Shown: positions 55,035-64,000 of the stretch, piece after piece
How positions within the stretch are numbered: position 1 is the first letter of the stretch
Layout: each line of letters opens with the position of its first letter
Assembly: GCF_036588685.1 (NCBI RefSeq)
Contig: NC_086377.1
Coordinates: 47,430,001 to 47,494,000 of the forward strand
DNA length: 64,000 bases
DNA from: Mytilus trossulus
Taxonomy: Eukaryota
Reading direction: 5' to 3'
Notes under the pieces: generated by a model
What the model saw: only the letters and a program-made list of their open reading frames with translations
Told to the model about the DNA's origin: nothing
Databases searched by the model: none
Made by a program: the position numbers and the translations under genes

Positions 55035-55305
55035 GGTGGTAAATTGCACTTGCACTCAAATTAATTTGGATCGTTTAATATTACTAATATGTTGACTAAG
55101 TATTTCTTTGGACCCTTTCACAAAAATATAAACACTTCAAAAATGTTAACCAACCGTTATGTCAGAAAAAATATACTGGTTATATAGCAGTTTTACAAAC
55201 ACCAATTTTGATCATTGAGAAGGTTAATATTCCCTTTTCAACAAAACGTAATTATAACGTTTAGCTGACTTACAGAATTATCTCCTAGTAGTGTTAGGTA
55301 CCACC
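55035..55305. mobile_element. Kolobok-type MITE (TTAA duplication)
   Basis: TTAA|GGTGGTA ... TACCACC|TTAA. Confidence 0.7.
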
Positions 55306-55519
55306 TTAACACTAAATAGTAGTTCAGTGTTACTTTCAGAATATGTAGAATATTTAGGCATTGTTGTATCAAATGAAAGCTTAACTGACTGGTACTGATT
55401 GTAAATAACTCTTTTAATTTGTAAATTTTAATATTGAAAAACAAAAAACCTACACCAAAGAGGGTTCATTTTGCCTGTTCGTCAAATCTGAAGTACCTGT
55501 TTTTGTACATCAGATGACA

Positions 55520-55940
55520 CCCAAAGGGTGACTGGGGTATAGCAATATGGTCACACCTTCTCCCGACCGGCAGTAAAACGCTTGCCGAAGTGGGGCGTCC
55601 GTTTCGCTGTGTGGGATGTATTAAGTTCGCAGTCAAGTCCGGTCAGAAGGGGGACGTTAAATCCGATGCCTCGTGTAAAGAGAGTCCCACGCTCTTTGCA
55701 CGTTAAGAACCCTTGCAACAACTATGTGAGGGGTCAGTAGGTGGATTGTTGCAAGGCAAAATTTCTGTCCCTATCCAATATACCCTCATTTTCCAGTGGC
55801 AGTCCAAATTTCCCCGACCATCATCCTAGATGGCCTTTATTACAACAACCTACCTATTGTATTTATTGTAACTTGTTCTCGTCCTGAATATGCATGAAAC
55901 ATATTTGCCACTGGACGTTAAGCAACCAACAATCAATCAG
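55520..55940 (+). mobile_element. SINE (MetaSINE-like core) with (CAAT)n tail
   Basis: GGACGTTAAATCCGATGCCTCGTGT...GCACGTTAAGAACCC core and 3' end GGACGTTAAGCAACCAACAATCAATC. The tRNA head is not clearly resolved. Confidence 0.55.
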
Positions 55941-56529
55941 TATATATACGTAGTTGACTACGTATCGACGACAAACAATATTCCTACGACTTTTGCAATT
56001 TGGGAAATCTTAACAACATGTCTATAGAGATTTGCGGCGATTAAATATTTCATTTCAAATATATTAGAAATAAAATGACCCCCAACCCCTTATCATGTTT
56101 TTAAAGTAAAATATATTGACCCCGTCTTATCTTTCCAAAATGAAATTGACCTCCTTTTTTATTTCTATGCCAAAAAATGATCTCCCTGATGGACTTCAAA
56201 TAACTTTGACCCAACCTTTTGCAGATGAGAAGCCACCTATTTTTGCTAAAGGGGGGGGGGGGGGCTACTGACCATCATTTTGGGTATAACTATGCCGATA
56301 ATAATACCCTGTTCTTACCAGAAAATATTAAAAAACATACCCTGTTCTAGACACACTCAGAAAATTTATTCCCAGATTAGGACAATTTAGACTGTTATTT
56401 TAAATAAGCGATCCTGTTCTAGACCGCCATGTTGAAAAAGTGACCCTGTTCTAACAGCAGGGCATGAAAGGGGGACCTGTTTTGTGGCACACACATACCA
56501 CTTAAAATATAGGAAGTAGCCTAATGTTA

Positions 56530-57050
56530 ATATCATGTTAAAACTATAGATACCAAATCAGTATAACAGTAGTCCGGCATGACAAAAAAAAAGTGCAGAA
56601 AATTGATTAATTGTGTGACATTTCTAAGGATCATTAAACTCAAAATTTAAACTAGATCTGTAACTTGTAATGGTAAAACTATTATAAACAAAAAATCAAA
56701 TCAAAATCTGTAAGTATGACCAAAAAAAAAAGTGGAACATTTATTTATTGCATGAATTTTCCAAGTCCAAAAGAACCATAACTCATAAAATTATCATACC
56801 GGAACACAATTCGCACTTGGTCAATGTTTAACTACATGCCATATTTCAATTCAATAATTAAAAAACTAAATGTGGAAAACTAATTATTGACTGAATTTTT
56901 CCAAGTCCAAGGACAATAACTCTGTAAAAAATCATCAGACCAGAACAAAATTCAAACCTGATCTATAACTTTAGTATCAAGAGCCATAACTCATCAGACC
57001 ATTACATAATTAGAACTTGATCTGTAACTTGTCGTCATGGTTATACTTAA
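56530..57050. repeat. Degenerate bivalve HINE-type tandem repeats (similar array at ~62950-63350)
   Basis: Recurring CCAAGTCCAA...CATAACTC...GATCTGTAACTT motifs. Confidence 0.55.
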
Positions 57051-57480
57051 AAATTAAATGGCCTGTGCCTTAGGCCAAAATTGAAAAACTATTTGAAAGG
57101 ATGACACATTTTTTTTGGTTATACAAAATCCCTGTAATAGCATTAAAAAGTACATATACAACCCACTACAATAATATCAGTTGGTGACACTTTTTAATTG
57201 GACCAACGAAAGTATTTCAGTGCACAAACGAAACTGCCATCTACTTATCAACTTTATATAATAAATCACTGACAATAACCTCATACAATATATTTAAGAA
57301 TATGTGGTATGAGTGCTAATGAGAAGATACAAAAATATGGCGGATTGAACATGACGGTATGAGTGAAGGTCTACTCATATTGATCAATATGGATGTGTTT
57401 GTGGTTATATTCCAACTCATTATTTTGTGATTTGAACCAGATATGAACATTTGTGACATTTGTGACATTACGAGATCTAA

Positions 57481-58623
57481 ATGGGGAAAAGGAGGAACAG
57501 TAATAACAACAAGACAGGTTTGACCCCACCAAACAAAACACAAATCAATGTGGCGTCACCCTGTCATCAACAACAACAAAGTTTCTCTAATGTACCGAGT
57601 CAAGCTCACGACACGTTATATAATAGTACACCAATGAACTCTCACACAACGCCAATATCGGGAACATTTCAACAAAATTATCACAATCCTACGAATCATA
57701 TGAACCAGACCTTTGAATGCCCGAACCCACAGATACAACAGTCATCTCGTTTTTCTCCTAATGCTGATCCAACTTCTTACCCCGGCTATCAACCTCCACC
57801 ATTACCTTCATTCCCATCATCACAAACTGATGGGGTTCGTTCAAATATAACCATGGAAATGTTGTTCTCAACAATTAACATAATGAACCAAAGATTAGAA
57901 CGAATAGAATTTGAAGTGGGTGATAAACTCTTTAAACTGGAAAAAAAACTTGATGAAAGATTCAACAACATTGATACGAAAATTTCAAACTTACACAAAG
58001 AAATCGACTCTGTAAAGAAAACTCAAAATGAACATGCACAAATTTTGGAAAATGAAGAAAAGCACCATTTTGAAATTGCCGACAGAATGAATTTGGTAGA
58101 AAATTACACCCGAGACATTGATACAGAAAAAAATCAACTGAAAGAGGAGTATTTAAAACTACAAAGTCACTCGATGAAATACAACCTTATATTCGGCGGT
58201 ATAGTACAAACTGATGAGGAGGAAAATACTGAAACTGTACTCAAAAACTTTATTAAAACAGAACTTGATATTCCTGAAGCGGATGAAATAGATTTCCAAA
58301 ACGTCCATAGATTACGACCACGACGGGACGGAAAACCGCGTAATATTATTGCTCGATTTACTCACTATAAAGACCATGAAAGAGTGAAAAAAGTCGTTCC
58401 GCAGAAACTTAAACTAAAACCAAAATTTACAGTTAACAAGCAATATCCCACTGAGATTAGCAACCGTCGTCAAAAACTGTTACCAAAGCTAAAGGAACTC
58501 CATAGGCGTAATATCCGGGCATCATTAGTTTATGATCAGATTTTTGTAGACGGTCAACCGTTTGAACCAGCCCGTGAAGAGCCTCTCAACCCAATACACA
58601 GTAATCAGACGGGACACTGTTAG
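57481..58623 (+). CDS. LINE B ORF1 (disordered N-terminus, coiled coil, RRM and CTD), intact 380 aa
   Basis: SMKYNLIFGGI, NVHRL...PRNIIARF, QYP-x-EI-x-x-RR-x-x-L and A-x-LVYD-x-IFVDG. Confidence 0.85.
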   Translation: MGKRRNSNNNKTGLTPPNKTQINVASPCHQQQQSFSNVPSQAHDTLYNSTPMNSHTTPISGTFQQNYHNPTNHMNQTFECPNPQIQQSSRFSPNADPTSYPGYQPPPLPSFPSSQTDGVRSNITMEMLFSTINIMNQRLERIEFEVGDKLFKLEKKLDERFNNIDTKISNLHKEIDSVKKTQNEHAQILENEEKHHFEIADRMNLVENYTRDIDTEKNQLKEEYLKLQSHSMKYNLIFGGIVQTDEEENTETVLKNFIKTELDIPEADEIDFQNVHRLRPRRDGKPRNIIARFTHYKDHERVKKVVPQKLKLKPKFTVNKQYPTEISNRRQKLLPKLKELHRRNIRASLVYDQIFVDGQPFEPAREEPLNPIHSNQTGHC

Positions 58624-58662
58624 GATAACGCATCAGACAGTCGTAGATCGTTAAATAACAAT

Positions 58663-61600
58663 GTGAATAAACTCAATATCGCTTACCTTAATGTTTGTGG
58701 TTTAAAATCAAAATTGTTGAACCCTGACTTTGAGAATTTTATTAAAAAACATGATATTCTGGTGTTTGTAGAAACAAAAACTGATGATTATGACGAAATT
58801 AAATTACCAAAAGATTATACTCTATTTACTATGAATAGACAAAAATTCAAAAAGAAATCAGGAGGTATTATTATCATTTATAAAAAGAAACTGTCACATA
58901 TTCTTAAATTTATTAACTCAGAATCTGAGTTCGTTCAGTGAGTAAATTTTACATGGAAATTTTGATACGGGTAAAGATATCTTACTTGGGTGTGTTTATA
59001 TACCTCCAGAATTCTCTAGATATTCATCTGATGAATCTTTTTCAGAGATTGAAGATGAACTTATTCGATTTTCAAATACTTCAAAAGAAGTAGCACTGAT
59101 TGGTGATTTTAATTCTAGAACCTCTATTGATAGTGATCATGTTATACCTGATGAAAGTTTACTAGAAATTTTACAGGTAGAAGACGATGTTATAAATAAA
59201 GATATTTTTTCTTATCTTTTGTTAGAAAGTAAAAATATTCCTCTACAAAGATACAGTTATGATCAAGGTAGAGTGAATAAATATGGTACTCTTCTTTTAG
59301 AACTATGTAAAAGATGTGGAATTTTTATATGTAATGGTCGTATTTTCTCAGACAAATTTATAGGTCATACTACATGTAAAGACTCTAGCGTAGTAGATTA
59401 TTTAATTGTATCTCCTCACATGTTTGATTATATTTCTGAATTTAGAGTAGATGAGTTTAATCCCATGTTTTCAGATGTCCATAACAGTATATTTTTTACA
59501 TTGTCATTCAATACTGATAGTAACAACACTGATAAGGTAAACACAGAAAAAAATACAGGTAACACAGACACTCACATTAAATGGGACTATAGAAAAGCAG
59601 ACGAATATTGTCAAGCTTTATCCAGTGACAGTGTCTCAGGTAATTTACAACACATTGATCACGTTTTGAGTAGTATTGACACAAATAATTTTACACCTGA
59701 AAATATAAACGGTCTAGTTGATGACCTTGGCAATGTACTGTTAGATACGACAGAAGGAGTTCTAGGCAAGACTAAAAAAAGACCGGTTTATTCATGTATT
59801 TGGTTTTCATGTTACATTTGTTATTCTCGTGGTGTTTTGTCTGATGATTGGTCTGTTTCTGTGTGTGTTGCGTTTCGGTGTTGTGTCGTTGTTCTCCTCT
59901 TATATTTAATGCGTTTCGCTCGGTTTTGGTTTGTTACCCCGATTTTGTTTTTTGTCCATGGATTTATGAGTTTTGAACAGCGGTATACTACTGTTGCCTT
60001 TATTTATCCCGACCGCAAAAATAAACCATGGTTTGATAAAAATTGCCAAGACAAACGTAATGAGTTTCACAAGGCTAGAAACTTATATAGCAGAGCGAAA
60101 TCAGGTGGTAATAAAAAATGAATAGCAAGGCCAAGGAATACCGCAAGACACTTAACATTAACTATCAGCAGTATAAAGAAAAATGTTCGGATGAACTGAG
60201 GGCACTCTCAAAAAATGACTCTAAGGGATTTTGGAAGACACTTAAAAAATATTCTGGCTACAAAAAAGACAACCCCTCTATCAGTATTGATGCATTTCAT
60301 GAATATTTTAAAAACATGAATGCAAATGACGAAGAAGATCTTGACGGCATCGACATCAATGCGTTGTGTAGTGACCCCATTTATAATGAAATTTTTAATG
60401 GAGTCATTACAGAACAAGAGGTTGTGGATGCCGTTAAGAACTTGAAACATGGTAAAGCATCTGGTACTGACAAGATACTGAATGAGTTTTTGAAAAACTC
60501 GCCACCATTTTTTATTTGTATTTACACTAAACTATTTAATTTGATATTGGATACAGGTATAATTCCTGAAACTTGGACAGCAGGAATAATTATACCAGTT
60601 TTTAAAAATAAGGGTAGTTCAAAGGATCCAGATAACTATAGAGCTATAACATTAATTAGCTGTATAGGGAAATTATTTACTTCCATTATCAATAATCGAT
60701 TGAATTTTTTTGCAAATGAAATTTCACTTATACATGAAAATCAGGCTGGCTTTAGAAAGGGGTAGACACTGTAGACAATATTTTTGTGCTTCATGCACTC
60801 ATAGAGCTGTATTTCTCATTTGGAAAAAAACTTTTTTGTACTTTTGTAGACTTTCGGAAAGCATTAGATACTGTATCAAGATCTGGTTTATGGGAAAAAC
60901 TTCAATTGAGTAATATTAAAGGGAAGTGCTTTAAAGTTATTTTTAATATGTACCAAGGAATCAAATCATGTGTAAAATGTAATGGATGTCAGTCAGATTT
61001 TTCCCCTGTTTTAATAGCAGGTGTAAGACAGGGGGAGAATTTATCGCCGTTTTTGTTTTCAATTTTTCTTAATGACTTAGAAGAATACTTTAAGAATCTA
61101 GATGAGATTCCACTAGAAACTGTTAAAGAGAAGTTTCAAAGTGAATTGCACCTATTTTTTGAATTATTTGTTATATTATATGCCGATGATACTGTAATTT
61201 TATCTGAAACAGAAGAAGGTATGCAGAGATCATTAAATATTTTTCATTCATACTGTGAAAAATGGAAATTAGAAGTCAATTTAAATAAAACAAAGGTGAT
61301 GATTTTTAGAAAGAGAAAAAGTAAGAAGAAATAGAAATTTTTATTACAAGATAAAGAACTTGAGATTGTCGACAAATTTTCTTATTTAGGTGTTATCTTT
61401 AAATATAACGGTACTTTTTTAGATACCAAAAAGAAACTAATTGATCAAGCACATAAATCGATGCATTTTATACAAAGAATTGTTAAAAACGAAAACATTC
61501 CTATAGATTTACAACTGAAATTATTTGATTCCATGATAGAACCCATTCTTTTATATGGTTCTGAAGTTTGGGGTTTTGAGAATTTGAAAATTATTGAACA

Positions 61601-62345
61601 GATGCATTTGAAATTTTGCAAAAGAATTTTAAAAGTTAGAAACACTACACCCAATTTTGTGGTGTATGGAGAATTGGGAAGATTCCCTCTGCAAATTCGA
61701 GTTAAATGTAGACTGATTTCGTATTGGTGTAAAGTTGTAAGCAATAGCAGTAAACTCAGTAGTTCTTTGTACAGGCTGATGTTATCATTGAAGAATCATG
61801 GCCATTATGTTTTCAAATGGATTGATTCTGTCGAATCAATATTTAACAACACTGGTCTAGGATATATTTTCATGAACCAAATTGGCTTTTGTGAGAAAAC
61901 TTATCTTGATCGTATATTGAGTGATCAGTTTATTACCTCATGGTTTGGCGATATAGAAAATTCATCCCGGGGACAATTTTATGGGTCATTTAAAAAGGAC
62001 TTTGGACTAGAAAAATATCTGATCAGACTATCTGAACAGAATAGAGGGTGGATAACTAAATTAAGGACATCGAACCTACGTATTCCAATTGAGACAGGCC
62101 GTTGGCAAAATGTACCTAGACCAGAGAGAATGTGTACTTTATGTCATAAATTTATTGGTGATGAATTTCATGTTTTATTTGTATGTCAACATGATTCTAT
62201 TGTTAATTATAGAAACAAATACTTACCTAAATATTATACTATTAATCCTCAATATATTAAAATGGAAGGATTATTGTCCATATGTAATATGGAGGTCTAC
62301 CAACGATTGTCTTTTTTTATTAAGAAAATTGCTTGTTTATTCTAA
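58663..62345 (+). pseudogene. LINE B ORF2, APE-RT, with multiple stops and frameshifts and an internal insertion
   Basis: YLNVCGL, FVETK, GDFNSR, VDY, SDVH; QAGFR, GVRQGENLSP, YADD; LRTSNLRIPIETGRW...C-x-x-C...H-x-x-x-x-C. Confidence 0.9.
59792..60002 (+). mobile_element. Short retroposed 3' fragment inserted in LINE B ORF2 (TTTAT duplication)
   Basis: T-rich segment ending GAGTTTTGAACAGCGGTATACTACTGTTGCCTTTA. TTTAT sits at 59787-91 and 60003-07. Confidence 0.8.
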
Positions 62346-63676
62346 AATATTTACCATTATTATTGTATTTCTATGTGTTTAGATAGTACTGCATGCTCAT
62401 TTCGTCATTCAATTGTTTATGTATTATACTTTGACCTCATGTTTCACATTTATGTGTCTGAGCGTTATCAATAAATCTTGAAATCTTGAATCTTGAGACA
62501 ACTCTCCATCCAAGTTTCAATGTATTAGAAGTTAAAAATTATCGATAAAAGTACGGCCTTCAACATGGATCGAACCTTAGCTCACCCGAAATGGTTTGTG
62601 AAAATGAAAGTATTAGCATTAACTGATGCCCGAGGTCTTATTTTTTGTATCTTTCTGTTTTCTCAGATTTTCATAACTTCAGCATATGATTATTATGAGT
62701 ATTAGGAGCATTTTGACTGTCGAACAAAACAAAAAGTTTGTTTTCTATTGTCCCTCTTTTTTCGTCGCAGTTTAAAAGATAATGTGCATAATATATGTTA
62801 CTAGATGATATAACAACTTATTTCAGTTAATTGCAGACCCTTCCTCATTTTCAAGGCAATGTGTGACTATGGGAAACGAAATAAAAAACATAAAAATATG
62901 GCACCAACCATTTCATTATCTGGGGCTTTTTGGAAAATGTATTTTAACTCCTCACTCCTAAAATTTTGAATCAAAACCAAAAAATATACAGATCTTTATA
63001 TTAATATAACAAAGAAGTATGTAAAGTTTTAAGCAAAAATCATAAATTATTTTTGAGATACGGCCCGACATGTAAAAAAAAACCTCTCCTGTTTTACAAA
63101 ATACTCAAAAACACAGAATTTGTGGTTGAATCATCACCAAAAAGTATATAGAACTTTGGATACATATAACAAAGAAGTGTGGTTAGTTTTAAGCAATAAT
63201 CATAAATCGTCTTTGAGATACGGCATTATATGTAAAAAAAAAAAAACACCTCCCCTTTTTTTTTTTTATAAAATACTAATAACTCAAAAATGAAATTTTG
63301 AATCGTCACCAAAACGTACACAGATCTTTAAAATATTATAACAAATATTGTAAGATATGAAAAAGTAAGAACTCATAGATTAAATCTTTCATCATGTTCA
63401 TACACATGTGTATCTTGTGTTCATTGATAAAAATTATAATCTGGTCTGTGTTCATTTCAAATGTCAAATAAAAAATATTATATATGTGTGTGTATTTATA
63501 CATGATCCATCGCCCTGTAAGATTGATCGTTGACTATTTATTCAGTCATTTAATATTTATACATGTTATATATATGTAAGCCTCAAATCTATGTCCTTAT
63601 AATATTGCGTCGTAGACGTACCGAATCTATGTCCTTTATTTACTCAAATCTATGACCATTTCTGGCTCCAATCTAT

Positions 63677-64000
63677 GTTTCAAGTTTTTATTAAATCAGG
63701 AAAATCAATACAAGTATAATGATGTCTTCCCCCACATTAACAAGATATTACATCACATGAATAAATATATATTATGCATGACAAAATATCAAATCAAAAT
63801 GAAGTTAAATGAATAAAATTACAAAGATTCAAGGCATAATTGTATGTAATGGCATATATTTTTTGCATCAACAATATTTTATGGGTTAAGTAAACTTATA
63901 ATGGTTTCCATAACTTTTTCAGGGCACAGATCTTGTGAATTAAAATTAAGTTTATTAAATATTTGTTTTCTATAATTTTCAAAGTTTTTGCAATAAATGA
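63677..64000 (-). mobile_element. Second copy of LINE A family: 3' end, running out of the window
   Basis: Near-identical to ~28350-28665. Ends at the AATAAAAACTTGAAA tail. Confidence 0.92.

Larger units (their letters stand above)
57325..62493 (+). mobile_element. Full-length, disabled CR1-group LINE B with L1-type RRM ORF1
   Basis: TGAGA duplication (57320-24 and 62494-98) splits a common repeat (ATGTGGTATGAGTGCTAATGAGA|CAACTCTCC). 5' AAAAATATGGCGG; tail AATAAA(TCTTGAA)n. Confidence 0.9.

Noticed and set aside
29667-60450. Antisense ORFs overlapping the LINE and transposase genes (e.g. 29667, 39410, 47612, 60208)
   Set aside because: Shadow frames of real coding sequence with no motifs.

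Overview
AT-rich eukaryotic genomic DNA with spliceosomal introns. The repeat families look like those of a bivalve mollusc, probably Mytilus (inferred from recognisable repeat motifs, not from a database search). There are no prokaryotic operons or CRISPR arrays. Two host-type genes are visible: the last three exons of a GH9 endoglucanase (63-3473) and a compact three-exon orphan type-I membrane protein gene (26571-27881). The rest is a dense, nested transposon landscape. (1) An 8.5-kb TGT...ACA TIR transposon (35731-44262, 6-bp TATATA duplication) whose hAT-like DDE/CxxH transposase ends in a Spindlin (Spin/Ssty) Tudor-like domain with an apparently retained aromatic cage; this is the top finding. 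A non-autonomous element with the same termini and 6-bp duplication lies at 15029-18176. (2) An apparently intact ISL2EU element (45237-53121, AT duplication) with convergent THAP-DDE transposase and 7-exon SAP-SWIM-YqaJ nuclease genes. (3) A Kolobok remnant with a P2X7-ballast-like KolX gene. (4) Two full-length but disabled CR1-group LINEs with unrelated ORF1s. (5) Smaller items: Spy and Kolobok-type MITEs, Crypton, IS3EU, Zator-like and RNase H remnants, minimal hammerhead-ribozyme repeats, a SINE and several satellites.
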